Of a stretch of 64,000 nt of DNA, positions 46,690-64,000 are shown in pieces (the first letter of the stretch is position 1; every line of letters begins with the position of its first letter). The DNA is from the human T2T-CHM13v2.0 reference genome, Homo sapiens: the NCBI RefSeq assembly GCF_009914755.1, contig NC_060947.1; one strand, written 5' to 3'. The position numbers were made by a program, and so were the translations under genes. The notes beneath the pieces are model-generated. The model did no database searches. It was not told the origin of the DNA and was given only the letters and a program-made list of their open reading frames with translations.

Positions 46690-47810
46690 ATATCGCATTT
46701 GCATCTGGTTCTACTGAGTGTTTTGTCTCTTCAGACTGCTTTTACCTGCCTTTTGGCATGCCTTGTAATTTTTGGTTGAAAGCCAGACATTTCATAGAAG
46801 GTAGCAGATACTAAGGTAAATGAGCCCTTAGTGTGGAACTGATATTAATCTAGTCAGGAGTTGAGCTGCGTTGAGGTTTGTTGTTCCTATGAACATCAAA
46901 AACTTCAAATTCCTCTAGTGACCTTTTTTGTCCCCTCTCTTGGCTTTGGGGCTTTCCTTTATGCTGTTCCCAGTGTGAGCCTGTCTCTTGCAGCTCTCCC
47001 TGCTGTAACCCACTGTTATTCCTGGGGGCTTGCTAGCCTGCAGGTGGGGTGAGGGAAGAAGGGCAGTTCTCTAATATTTCAAGTCTCAGTCTCTAAAATA
47101 TACACAGCGGGCCTGTGTCTTGAAGGTGTAGGCTTCACAACGTATTTGCCCTAGGGATACAGCTCCTCCCACCCCAAACCCCCAGCTGTAGCAGGTATCA
47201 CCAATGTTCTCAGTCTACCACCCGCTTAAAGACCTTTTTTTTTAGGTGAGATGGAGTGGGGAAGGGGCTGAAGGGGAGCTCCATCCCCCATCTGCAATGG
47301 TTAATTCACCAGGGCCCTCAGACCATAGCCTTCCTCTGCAGAATAAGCCTTTTGCTCCTTAAAGGAGAAGGGTCTAAGTAGATTGCTCAGTGGTTCCTGA
47401 GCCAGCACCATGAGTTTTCTCTGAATTTTCCCTCACCCTCCCAGTTAGAGCCAAATGGGGTTCCTGGAAGAAAAGCCTGCAAAGGGATAGGACCCCCTCC
47501 CCCACAACTGCTGCCCTCAAGACTTCACACTCTCAAGTTAGCCCACACTCAGCCTCCAGCAATTTGTCAAATTTTCTAGCTTAATCTTCCTACCTACTTC
47601 TATGGGGTCTGGTGGCTTCTGCTCCTGTAAACAAATGCTCAGGTCCTGTCCTGTGTCTCAGAAGGCACCTCTTTCCAGATTTTGAAATGGTCGTTTGCTC
47701 TGCAAACTCAGTTCTCTGTTAATTTCCAATCTGTCCAGATTTTTTCTTGGAAGCGTGGGAGGGACATCTTTGCAGCTCTCTACATCTCTGAGCTGAAATC
47801 AGAAGTCTAC
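46690..47810 (-). mobile_element. 5' region of an ancient L1 (L1MC/L1MD-type)
   Basis: gcatgccttgtaatttttggttgaaagccagacat...ctctctacatctctgagctgaaatcagaagtc resembles the 5' end of old L1M. Confidence 0.6.
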
Positions 47811-48142
47811 TTATTTATTTTTTTAAGGATCAGAAGTAAGTATGACAAAATGGCAACATTTGATAGAACTAGGTAGTGGGTAGCTAGATGTTGGTTATAT
47901 GCTCTTTTATATTTTCATGGTTCAGTAACATTTCAAATTATAAAATTAAGTTGTAGGTGGCCATGGTAGAAAAGAGTACTATAATATAAATAGACTGAGG
48001 TATGTGTACAGCACTTGGTTCTTGTTCAATAACTTACAGAAATCACCTGAATTTTAAAATACAACCAGCATTTTTGGCAACGCTTCAGAAATTGTCCTGA
48101 AAAAATATAAATCACTCCAATACACCATTAAATGTCAGTATC

Positions 48143-48483
<341 letters not shown>

Positions 48484-51446
48484 TTAATGTTCTAAAAGAA
48501 AACAAATGTATCTTAAAATGTGCATGTTTATAAATCAAAGTATATGAAAATTACATGTTAATTGATTCACTATTCTTTAAACTGATATCCAACCATCATT
48601 AATATTCATGGAAAACGATAATTAATAATGCATGTGCCAGCAGACCATAGGTCAACCAGCAAGTGCCAGATCCCAGATTGCAGTACATTATGCAACACCT
48701 AGTAACCAAACATCTTAAACCTTCAGACGGCCATGCTTCCTTTTACCCACATTCCTAATTTAATATAATTGGTAATCGCCTGTAAATGAAAGCAGCAGCA
48801 GCTTGGTAAGATCCACCTCATGGAAAGAACATTCCCTTTTTACTTAAATAATTCACTATCTCAGATAATAGCAAATAAATGATATGCTACTAAAAAGTGA
48901 GCCATTTAATAACTCCAGAAGTGCAGATTAATCTTAAGGATTGTGTATTAAATTCAATTAAACCAGATGAATATTTAACATGTCCTTCTATGTCCGTAAG
49001 ACCATTCTAGCCACTCTGGGAAGAGATGGGCCAACATAAGTTATCTACCAATCCCTGCCATCAGGACAGACACAGGGATGGGTCACAGGGCTGAGTCCAG
49101 GAAAGGCAAACATGCACCACATTTGCATACATTCTCATTAGCAAAGCGAGTGACTTGCAAGTACTTTTATACTTTAACATTCACTTGTACGTTCCATTTA
49201 AAAGGGAAAAAGAATATAGTTTATAGTAAAGTGAATCTTCGTGTGACTTTCATTATAATGAATGAAGACAGGACTAAATTTGTCTGTAATGAGACTAAAA
49301 TGGGCTGAATCTACCAATGATGAATCTGTGGCTTTAATTATCCTGTGTGGCTCTGTGAGATGAACCCCAGGTGGAACTGCAATCAGGGTGATCACTCAGA
49401 CAGCTAGATAACACACTTCACCCTGCCTGAGAACCATCACTTGTCAACTGTATTACGTTGTCACAAGGGCTGTTTACAAATCAGCTACATCTCTGCATTG
49501 CAACATGCCCTAAATTAGATCTCACATCCAGCTTGAGGGCTAGGGACTGTGTTCAGCTTCAAGCTGGCAGCGCCCTAGACTTGATTGTCACCTTAAAATA
49601 TCTGTTAATGGAACCCATTCAAATTCAAGTTTTAAAATAAAAGGATGAGTTAAATTGAATTAAAAAAAATCAGAGGCTAAAAAAGGAGTGAGGTATATGG
49701 ATTTTTAACCACCACTGACAGCAGAAGCTCACACTATAATTGCATGGATTATATGCACCAAAGAGATCAGCTGTCATGTGACATTTTAAGCCAAATAACA
49801 GAGCAGTCCTTGGAAAAATGTCAATAAGCACAAAGAAGTGATTTCTCAACATCTGAAACCACACTAACCTCCATATTCAAGCGTTTCAGCATTAGTATTA
49901 CGTGCCACCAGAGCCCAATGTCATAATCACTCATTTAACACAGAGTAGCTGAAACTACTTTCATAGGGCAGATGTATTTTTTTAATAAGCAGATTGGCAA
50001 TTATTCCAGTTTCAAGACCGGGGGAGAAAAAAACTTGTGCGCACACTCACGATTTTGCAGCTTACAGAAATAAGGATTGAATTGTGGAAGCAAGAAAAAA
50101 ACAAAAAAAGATTGAATCATGAATATAAGCCAGGCTGTTAAACAGCAATTACAGAACGACAGCTACCATCCTGATTCCTTTCATATCTGTGCCCATGAGG
50201 GTCCCGATATTACAATATGACTACAGGCTTAGCAGTTAGAACTTGATAGCGTTTATGGTTTTAAACAGCTGTAATGTATCTTTTACCAATAATCTGTCAG
50301 CCTATTGATTTTGGATGTTGTCTCTTAGATAAAATCTTATCTGGTCAGAAAGCAAATCCCACTGGACCGAAGCCTTCGGCAGCAGGCATCACACTCTTGA
50401 CAAGGTACTCTCCAAACATGTCCAGCTTTGCTAAGAATATGTTCACATGTTAATACTTCATCAATTCCAATTATGTTGTAGTATAATCACAACTAAAATG
50501 TACATCTAATAAATATTTTAAACATGGTTTTAATGTTAATTTACTTTTTCTTCCATGATACGCAAAAACAGTCCCTCTTTGGTTTTGACTTGGCCCCCAC
50601 TGCGCCGATACTACCTACCTGCACTAGCTATCTCAGACCTTGACCATGGCTTCGTTTGACAGCCAGGAAAAGTACAACCCCAAGAGCTTCAGCATGGCCA
50701 CCAGTGGCACAGCTGGTTCACAGCACAGCCACAACTGGAACTGGAACCAACTTCACAACCTTTACTGGCAACCAGTGAGTTGTGGCCTCCCTAGAAGAAA
50801 ACTTCAGTGTAAAGAGGACATAGTCACCAGGGCCTCCCCCACACCTCCTGGGAACTGAGCATGGCTCTTAGGAAAGCATTGGCACAGTTCCTCCCGCTCT
50901 GGGTCTCCATCTGGGACCACCTGCCTCTAGAAACCCAGGGCAGGATGTGGTTTGACTCGGACAACTTCTCAGCTTACAAACTCAGGCAAGCCCACTTTGT
51001 TTTTCACCCTGACTCCCAGACACATGATATCATCTCTTTGTTAGTCTTCATGAGAAAATCCTGGTGGTCCCAGAGGAAGTATGACAATAATGAAAAGCTC
51101 TCCTTCATGACGAGCAAAATAGACAGCTAAGAGCAAAAACGGGCTGACTTCATACACCTCATTCCACAAATAACTGTGTGTTTGTGTGACTTTTGTGCTA
51201 GTACATGTTGTGACTACACATTAAAGAGACTTTCACATCTTCACCTTCACTCTCCCTGAACTCTCCTCAAGAATTTATCTCATCTCCCTCAGTGGCATAA
51301 AGATGATGAAATTTACCCCTTAGCCTGCGAGTGGGGCAATATACTATTTCATATCCCTTTGTGAGTTAAGAAGCTAAAGTGAAACAAAATGTCTTCTGGG
51401 TAGCCCTAAAGATGTACTGCCCATATGTTCCTTCAAGAAAGAACTT

Positions 51447-52121
<675 letters not shown>

Positions 52122-52224
52122 TCAGCTTTCTTTCTAGCAGAGGCCATGCTCTCGCTGAGGAGCCAACAGCTGGTCACTAATCTGGGGAGTGCAGTCCTAG
52201 AGCCTGGCCATTTCTGCCCATTTC

Positions 52225-52520
52225 TTTTTTTTTTTTTCCAGCCTTACTGAGGTATGATTGACAAAGAAAAATTGTATTAATATAAGGTGTACAACATGAT
52301 GATCTGACATATATATACACCGTGAAATGACGATCACAATCAAGCTAATTAAGAGACTCATCACCTCACAGAGTTCCCTTTTTGTAATAAGAACACGCAA
52401 GAGTTACTCTCAAATTTTAAGTATGTAATGCATGATTATTAACTCTAGTTACCGTGCTGCACAGCAGGTCTCCAGAACTCGTCTTGTAATTGCAAGTTTG
52501 TGCCCTTTGGCTAGCATCTC
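52225..52520 (-). mobile_element. L1MA/MB 3' end
   Basis: tactgaggtatgattgaca...aaggtgtacaacatgatg...cacaatcaagctaattaa. Confidence 0.85.
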
Positions 52521-52929
52521 CCCTTTGCTTTCATGGAGCAATTTTTGTCCAGAAGCCCCCTGTTAGGCTGGCCAGGACAGACTGGCATCACCACCTGAGG
52601 CTCTCCCTGCCCTGCTCCTCTGCTCTCTCATCCTTCAAGGGTGTTATCCCCCCAGCCCCCAAACAAACCTCCTCTACTCCTAACTCCATCTCAGCATCCG
52701 AATCCTACAGTACCAAACTGCTAAACACCATCTAAGTATTTCTCCAGTGTCTTGGAGTGGCTTAATACTGATATTAATAGCTAATATTTGTTGACAAATT
52801 AATATTTACCAAGTTGCTCTAAATGCATGATTTCACATCACAGGGTGACAGGTAAGAAAAGCAGCCATCCTTGCATCAAACAGGAATTGTAGTGCCAGAG
52901 GTGGTTCTGTGGTGGGCCTGGGCTGACAG

Positions 52930-53640
52930 CCGGGCAGCTGTGCAAATTCCTATCTCTAGCCTGGACCTGGCCCCCACACTCCAGACCCACATCCCTACCA
53001 TGCTTCCCAATGCACAGGACAAAAACCTTAGAGTCATCTCTCCCTCCTTCCTCTCCTGCCACACCCCCAGTCTTACCAGCAAATCCCGTTGGCTGTACTT
53101 ACAGAAATATCCAGAATCTGACCACTTCTCACCCTCCCACTGCCACCCCCTGGTCTCCCCTGTATTCCTGCAAAGGGCCTCCAAACTGCTCTCCTCGCTT
53201 CCACCCTTCCCCCTTGCAGTCTTTTCTCAACACGGCAGCCAGAGGGAACCTGTTAAAACATCTCTGGTCGCATCAGCCTCCCCAGTTACTTCCCATCTCA
53301 CTCAGAGTCACAAGTCACAAGGCCCTCCCTGATCTGGAGCCCTGTAACCTATGTCCTCTAACCCCTTCTCCTATTGCTCTCCCCTGCCCTCTTCCCTCCG
53401 GCAGTGGTGGTGCACTGGTCTCTCTGTTGTTCCTCCAACAAGCCAGGGACACCCTCCTCCATAGGGCCTTTGCACGTGCCGTTCCCACTGCCCGAAGGGC
53501 TCTTTCCCCCAGATCCCCACAAAGTTCTTCCTCACATCCTCAAGTCTTGACTTAAATCACCTTTTTCATGAGGCCTTTCCTGGCCTCCCTATCATAAATT
53601 GCAATCCCATCCCCAACATTCATCTTCCCCTCCCCTTCTT
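52930..53640 (+). mobile_element. L2 fragment
   Basis: aaaaccttagagtcatc...aatatccagaatctgaccacttctcacc...agggcctttgcacgtgccgttcccactgcc. Confidence 0.85.
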
Positions 53641-55424
53641 TCTCCTCCTCAAACATGCTTGCTCCAAGAGACTAGGCCCAGGGTGAGGCTCAACAGGGTC
53701 TCTGAGGCCCACATCCTCTCACACTCCACCCCCACTTCTCTCTTCCTCCATCCTTCTTTTCTCCTCCCAACTCTACTTCTGTCATTGGCCCTCCAGTCTC
53801 CAGGCCAACCACAGACAGGCCAAGTGATAATGCCTCCTTGGACCTGCTCAAAGCTGGGGGTGGGGCTTCCCCAAATCCCAGCCTCAGACATGACAACAGG
53901 ATGACAGAGTCTGACCTCCTGAGAAAGAACTGAAACACCTGTAATCTGTCACCCATCACCCATCACCCACAAAGAGCTGGAGAACTGCAGTGTATGGGAA
54001 AGTGGTATGGTCCTGGTGGTGGTTATTATTTTTTTAATTTAATGGAAAACAACAAGGACAAGAGTTAGAAATCCTAAAAAATACTAATGCTGAGACTCAC
54101 AATCAGAGATAAAGATGAGACTAAGATGCAGCCTGGGCATCGGGATTTTTAAAGCTCCTTGGGCGATACTTGTGTGCTGCCAAGGTTGAGACCCATTGGA
54201 GATTTTTTTTAATTTTTATTTTGAAGTAATTATCTACTCACAAGAACTTACAAAAACGGTGCATGGAGTCCCATAAACCCTTCACTTAGCTTCCCTCAGT
54301 GATGATATATGACTATAGTACAATATCAAAACAAAAAAATTGACATTGGTACAATACTGTTCACTACAGACCTTATTCCGTTTTCATCAGTCATTCCATA
54401 CACTGATTTGTGTGTAACTCTTTGCAACTTGATCCAATGTGTAGATTTGCACAAATCTACACACTGGATCACAATCAATATACAGTCAAGATACAGAACT
54501 ATTCCATCTTCAAAAGGAACTCCCTCATGCTACCCCTTTATTGTGGTACCAGTCTTCCCCACACCCTGTCATTGTCCCTTGGCATCCAGTAATCTGCTCT
54601 CCAAGTCTATAGCTTTGTCATTTTGAGAATGTAATATAAATGAAATCATACAGTGTGTAACATCTTAGGTTGGCTTTGTTCACACAGCACGATGCCCCTG
54701 AGATCTATCTAAGTTGTTGTGTGTATCCGAGTTCATTCTGTTTTATTGCTGAGTAGTATTCCATGGTATGGTTGGACCGGAACTTGTTTAACCATTCATC
54801 CACTCAAAGACAATTCAAGATATTTCCAATTTGCAATTATTACAAATAAAGCTGCTATGAACATCTGTGTACAGGTTTTTCTGTGAACTTAAGTTTTTAT
54901 TTCTCTGGGATGAGTGTCCAAAAGTATAACTGCTGCATCCTATGGGAAGCACATAGTTCTATAACAAACTGCCAAACTATTTTCCAAACTGACTGAACCA
55001 CTTTTCATTCCCACCATCAATATATGAGAGAACCAGTTTCTCTGCAACCTTGCCAGCATTTGGTGTTATCACCATTTTTAATTTAGCCATCCTAATGGCC
55101 ATTCTAATAGATACATAGTAATTTCTTGTTGTGGTTTTAATTTGCATTCCTCTAATGACTAATGATGTTGGACATCTTTTCATGTGCTTATTTTACATCT
55201 GCATACTCTCTTCAGTGAATGTCTGTTCGTGTATTTCACCCATTTTCATTAGATTGTTTTGGTTTCTTACTGTTGCATTTTGAGAGCTCTACACATTCTA
55301 GATACAAGTCCTTTGTCAGACATGTGGTTTGCAAATATTTCCTCCCAGTCTGTAACCTATCTTTTCATCCTCTTCACATTTTGATGAAGTCTAATTGATC
55401 TTTTTTTATTTAATAGATTGTGTT

Positions 55425-55738
<314 letters not shown>

Positions 55739-56355
55739 TCACCTAGGCCTAGGTCCCCAAAATTTTTGCCTATGTTTAATTCTAACACTTTTATAGTTTT
55801 ATGTTTTACATTTAAATCCATGATCCGTTTTGAGTTAATTTTTTAATAAGATGTTAGATTTAGGCCGAGTTTCACTTTTTTTGTCTATGGATGTCCAAAT
55901 ACTCCAGTATCATTTGTTGAAAAGGCTATCCTTCCTCCATTGAATTGCTTTTGCCCTTTTGTCAAAAAGTCACTTGGGCATATTTGTGTAGGTTTATTTC
56001 TGGGTTCTCTAGTCCGTTCCTTTATCTATATGTGTATTCCTGTGTCAATACTAGACTGTCTTGATTACTATAACTATTAAAGTTAACTCATAAAATTGGG
56101 TAGATTCCTATTTTGCTCTTCTTTTTCAAAATTGTTTTCAAAATGTTTTGACTATTGTAGTTCTCCTGATTTCTTTTATAAATCTTAAAATAAACTAGTC
56201 TATAGCTACAAAAAAAAATCTTGCTGGAATTTTGATAGAAATTGCATTAGATCTACAGGTTAATTTGGGGGAATCAACATCTTAACCACACTGACTCCAG
56301 TCCATGAATATGGTATGTCTCTCCATTTATTTAGATCTTCTTTGAATACTATTAA

Positions 56356-57072
<717 letters not shown>

Positions 57073-58046
57073 TATTTCAATTCTTTTGGGAGAGACTGTA
57101 CATGGCATTGTGTTTTTAATTTCAGTTTCCATATGTTCATTGCTAGTATCTAGAAATATTAAATTGTGTGTTTGATCTTATATCCTGTGACCTTACTGCA
57201 CTCACTTATTCTAGGAGTTACTTGGTAAATTCTTGGGATGTTCTACTGGAGAATCACGTCATCTGCAAATAAGATGTTATTCTTCCTTTCCAATTCATAT
57301 GTCTTTTATTTTTTTCTCAACTAGTTGCTCTAGCTAGGACTTCCAGTATTACGTTGAATGAGACTGGTAAGAGCAGACATTCTTACCTTATTTCCCCATT
57401 CTCAGGGGGAGAGTATACAGTCTTTCACCATTAAATATGGTGCTAACTGCAGCATTTTTGTAGATGCTCTTTATCAAGTTGGGGGAATTCCTCTCTATTC
57501 CTAGTTTGCTGAGAGTTTTTATCATGAATGGCGTTGAATTTTGTCAATTTTTTTCATCAATTGATCTGATTATGCGATTTGATTTTTTCTCCCATAGCGT
57601 GTTGATATCATGGATTACACTGATTGATTTCCAAACACTGAAGTGGCCTTGCACATCTGGAATAAACCCCACTTGGTCATAGTATATAATTTTTTTTATA
57701 AGTTGCTGGATTGTTTTGCTAATACTTTGCTGAGGACTTTTGTGTCTATGTTCTTGAGGGACACTGGCCTGCAGTTTTCTTTGTTGCACTATCTGGTTTT
57801 GGTATTAAGGTAATACTGGCCTCATAAAATGAATTGGGACACATTCCCTCCTCTTCTATTTTCTCGAAAAGATTATGCAGAATTGGTGCTAATTCTTTAA
57901 ATGTTTGGTGGAAATTATGACGAAAAACCTCTAGGCCTGGAGATTTCTTTTTTGGAAGCTTTTACATGACAAATTCAATTTCTTTAACAGTTAGTTATAG
58001 GACTATTGACATTATTTCACTTTGGGTAAGTTTTGGTAGTTTGTAG

Positions 58047-58548
<502 letters not shown>

Positions 58549-60007
58549 TATTGGTCTTTAAAGAACTGGCTTTTTCATTGATATTCTCTGTTGTTTTTCT
58601 GTTTTCACCTTCAATGATTACTGCTCTTATCTTCATTATTTCCTTCTTCTGGTTGTTTTCGGTTTATTTCACTTTTTCTAGTTTCTTGAGGTAGGACCTT
58701 AGATTATTGATCTGAGAACATTCCTCCATTCTAATGTAAACTTTAGTGCTATAAATTTTCCTCTCAGTACTGCTTTAGCTGGGTCCCACACATTTTAATA
58801 TGTTGTATGTTCATTTTCATTCAGTTCTATGTGTTTGTTTAATCTTTTTGAGACTTCTTCTTTGACCTGTGGATTATTTAGAAGTGTGTGATTTGATTTC
58901 CAAGTGTTTGGAGATTTTCTGATCTTTCCATTACTGACTTCTAGCTTAATTACTTATGGTCAAAGAACACCTTTTTTATTATCTCAATTCCCTTAAATAT
59001 ATTGAGGTTAGTTTTATGACCCAGGATATGGTTTAACTTGGCAGATATTTCATGGGTACTTGAAAAAAATGTGTTTTGTGCTGTTTCTGTGTAGGATATT
59101 CTGTAAACATCAATTACAACTTCTTGGTTGATTATGTTGTTCAGGCCTTCTATACCCTTGCTGATTTTCTGTTTAGTAATTCTGTCAAGTGCTGAGAAAG
59201 AGATGCTAAGTTGCCAACTATAACTGTGTACTTGTCTATTTTCTAGTTCTATCAGTTTTTGCTCCATATATGTTGCAGCTCTGTTGCTTGGCCCATACAC
59301 ATTTAGGACTGCTACGTCTTCTTGGTGGAATGACACTTTTATCATTGTGTAATGTCCTTCTTTGTCCCTGGTAATTTTCTTTGCTCTCTGGTCTACCCTA
59401 TCTGATATTATATGTAGCCACTCCTGCTTTTTTAAAATTAATACTTGCATAGTATGTATTTTCCAACTTTTACTTCCAACGTGCCTATATCAATATATTT
59501 GAAGTGAGTTTCTTACAAACAGCATATAGTTGAGTCAAGTTTTTTTTTTTATCTATCATCTCTGTTTTTTAATTGGTATATTTAAAACACATATTGACAT
59601 GTTAGGACTTACACCTGCCATTGTATTATTTGTTTTCTGTTTGTTCACTCTGTTTTTCATTGTTTCCTTTTTCTTGTCTTCCTGTGGGTTACTTGTACAT
59701 TCTTTAGAATTTCCTTTTATATATAGGCAGTTTTAGTATATCTCTTTGTACAGTTATACTTTTAGTGATTTTTAGAGTATTTTAGTTATTACAATATACA
59801 TATGTAACTTGTCACAGACTACTTCGATCAACATTTTCCTATTTCAGTGAAGTGTAAAAACCTTACTTCCAGTTAGGTTCTTTTACATCCTCCCCACCTC
59901 TTAAATATAATTTTCTTGCATATTACCTCAATATATATTGGATACCACACCAGATGATCTAATTTTTGCTTCAACCATCAAACATGTTTTTAAAAATTAA
60001 TGATACA

Positions 60008-60727
<720 letters not shown>

Positions 60728-62127
60728 TAAAAAACTTTCTTTAGGCATTATTTAAGGATAGGTCTGCTATTGATAAATTCTCTTAGTGTTCCTTCATCTG
60801 AGAATGTTTTCATTTTCTCTTCATTCCTTAAGGATATTTTCACCAGACAAAGAATTCAGAGTTAATCTTTCTTTTCTTTCAGCCCATGAAAATGTTGTAC
60901 ACTTCCTTCTGGACTCCATTATTTTACAGGAGAAATTCATTGTCATTCAAATCATTCTTCCTTGTAAGTATATGTCATGTCTCTCTTGCTGCATTTTCTT
61001 TGCCTTTCATTTTTAGAAGCTTGATTAGTATGTATCTTGGCATAGATTTCTCTAGGTTTATCCTGTTTAGGTTTTGCTCAGCTTCTGAATTCTGAAGATT
61101 TATGCTTTTTGCCAAATGTGGTGAGTTTTCAGTCATCATTTCGTTCAATATTGTTTATTATCATAACCTTCTTTTCTCCTTCTGGAATTCTGATGACCCA
61201 AATGTTAGATCTGATGTTATTATCCCATAGGCCTCTAAGGCTCTGTTCATTTTTTACAGACTATTTTCTATCTGTTGTTCAGACTAAGTAAGTTTCATTG
61301 ATCTATTTTCAAGTTCACTGATTCTTTCCTCTGTCATCTATTATTGAGCTCATCTGGTGAGCTTTTTAACTTGTTTATTTTTTGGTTCAATAACTTCCAT
61401 TTTTAAAAAACCTATTGATTTGCTGAGATTTTCTAATTTTTCATTTGTTTCAAGAGTGTTTGGAATTGCTTATTAAGGCAATTTTATGACAGATGCTTTA
61501 AAACCTTTGTCAGATAATTCCAACATCTGAGTCTTCTCAGTATTAATATCTGTTGATTGGCTTTTCTCATTCGAGTTGTGATTTTCCTGGTTCTTGGTAT
61601 GACAAGTGATTGTTTAAATTGTACCTTGGGCACTTGGGTTATTATCTTACAAGACTCTAGATACTATTTAAATTTTAGCTGGCATTAACCCTATTGAGGC
61701 TAAGTACGCACATCCTGGGCTATTTTCGTTGGCTGCAGTTTTAACGATAGTTTGATTTCAGAGCCCTTGCAGTACTATTCTGGTCTGCTTCATCTCTGTT
61801 ACTTAGAGGTCATTCTGAAAACCTGGGTGATATTCTGTGTTAAAGTTTCTATTGCTAAACTTTTTGGCATGTTTGTTCTAGTCAGATTCACATGCAGGTG
61901 GGTTAGGAGTTGTTTGCCCAGGACTTCCAATGCAGGCAGGGAATATTCCTTTAATTAATTCCTTTCTTCAGCTCCCTCCTCTCCAAGATTTTCCCCATTC
62001 TCTAGTGGGGAGGGGGAGCTGCCTACCACTGCTGAGTGGGAGGATGGGGATGGAAGTCCAGAATCCCCAGTCAGTCTCCACTGACGACATTCCAGCAGAG
62101 GAGGGAATGCTGCCATGGGTTATCTAA

Positions 62128-62650
62128 AACGACACCCATTTTTTATCTCACAGTTCTGTAGGTCAAAAGTCCCGATAGGCTCAACTGGATTCTTTGTTCA
62201 CTCAAGGTCTCACAGGCCAATATCAAGATGTGAATAGGCTAGACTTTTATCTGGCGGCTTGGAAGAATAACCCACTTCCAAATTCACTCAGGTTGTTGGC
62301 ACAATCCAGCACCTTGCGGCCGTAGGTCTGAGGTCTCCATTTCTTTCCTGGCTGCCAGCCAAGGTCTACTCTCTGCTCCTATAGGCTGCCCATTTCCTTC
62401 TTACATGACCCCTCCCTCTTCAAAGCAGCAAGTCCTCCTCTGACTTTCTCTTCTGCCACTAGACAGGAGAAAGTTCTCTGCTCTTAAGGACTCATGTTAG
62501 GCCCACCTGGATCACCTCCCTGTTTAAAGATCAATTGTGCCATATAACATAACAAAATCACTGGAGTGATAGCTCATCACATGTAGAAGTTGTGGGGACT
62601 TAAGAGTAGAATCTTGAGGACCATTGCTAGAAATTGTGCCTATCTCACTA
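62128..62650 (-). mobile_element. MLT1 (MLT1E-like) LTR fragment
   Basis: tatctcacagttctgtaggtca...cttccaaattcactcaggttgttggca...gcccacctggat. Confidence 0.75.
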
Positions 62651-62720
62651 CCACCAGGTATAGAGTGGGATGGAGAATCACTGAGTACAGAAGTTCCGCA
62701 ATTAGAATGTATTAATTCTC

Positions 62721-63018
<298 letters not shown>

Positions 63019-64000
63019 AGAATGTATTAATTCTAATGGACTTAAATCAAGCACTGTTTACATAGCACTATGTTCTTTGTGTATTTGTAGTAAACTTTTA
63101 CAATAATTTCCAGCATGATTGTGTTTACTTACATATTCACTAATATAGCTATTAATACTTTATCCATAAAGCTACTTTAGAAATAAGATGAAAATATTTT
63201 CTAATTGAAGTCACCAGCTACCAATTCATGTTCTTGAGAAAAGAAACTAGAATTAAAAACATGGTACTGCCCTATCGGTACCATTGTGCAAAATGAATGC
63301 CCAAGCTTTAGATCAAGCAGCAGAATCACCTGAACTTTTTAAAAGATTCTAAGGCTTCTATCCCTACTCCTGCCCCCAAAACAAAATTCTGATGACGTAG
63401 TGCACCTGGAGCAGGACCAGGTTAGAGACACACTGACATGGAGTCGCTGTGGGAGCCCCAAGCTTAACAAGTTTAAATATCCAGTAATGATCACGGTGAT
63501 ATCTCAGATGGTTTAGATTTTGATCTGGTAGAAAGCTAAGGGTTAAAACACATGATCTTAAAGTCCCTTTCCAAGCTAAGATTCGATAATCTTGCCATTA
63601 AGAAAATAAGATTCCATTATGCATAATCACCACGATCAACTCAGTCAGGCGATTAAAACTCACTGAGGTCACAGCTCTCCCTGAGTCACAAGACCGCCCC
63701 CCTCCACCACATTTTCTGCACTACAACAGTTACAAAGCCTGAAGAAACCACCAAATGATGTGGGTTCTTATTGGTAACACACTTGTACTTAATTACTCCA
63801 GACCCTACTTGGAATAACATTTCTCACAACAGAATCTAACAGGTTCCAGTTGTTAGTTTTAGAAATTGTTTTTCTGAAAGAAAACTGTATGTTTAAAGTT
63901 TCAAGAATAATTTGAGCTGGAATTGGTTGGTTTTGAGGGCCCCGTGGATGGGGAACAATTGGATAGTCACACATCTTGATTATTTACCACTGATAGAAAA

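Noticed and set aside
52871-53904. Cluster of Pro/Ser-rich ORFs up to 181 aa
   Set aside because: They overlap a C-rich L2 relic in which stop codons are naturally scarce.
58950-59450. 166-aa endonuclease-like ORF
   Set aside because: Decayed L1 ORF2 endonuclease with frameshifts; no sign of domestication.

Overview
Primate (almost certainly human) genomic DNA, mostly intronic and packed with repeats: about 34 Alus, several L1s, L2/MIR, MaLR and ERV1 LTRs, and hAT/Tigger DNA transposon relics. The one host coding element I can support is a 51-nt minus-strand segment at 38533-38583 (MEVSAAKAPSAADLSEI, then GTAAGT). I recognise it from memory as the alternative first coding exon of SH3KBP1/CIN85 isoform b, which lacks the first SH3 domain. 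That places the window inside the large intron 2 of SH3KBP1 (Xp22), transcribed on the minus strand. I found no convincing novel multi-gene system. The best leads are: (1) an overlapping 55-codon uORF and a cryptic acceptor at the isoform-b start; (2) short inverted duplications/hairpins that look like template-switch products; (3) a young L1PA2-like insertion, sense to the gene, with an internal palindrome-associated duplication; (4) an LTR8 ending at a strong splice donor in the antisense direction. Repeat subfamily calls come from remembered consensus motifs, and boundaries of old elements are approximate.
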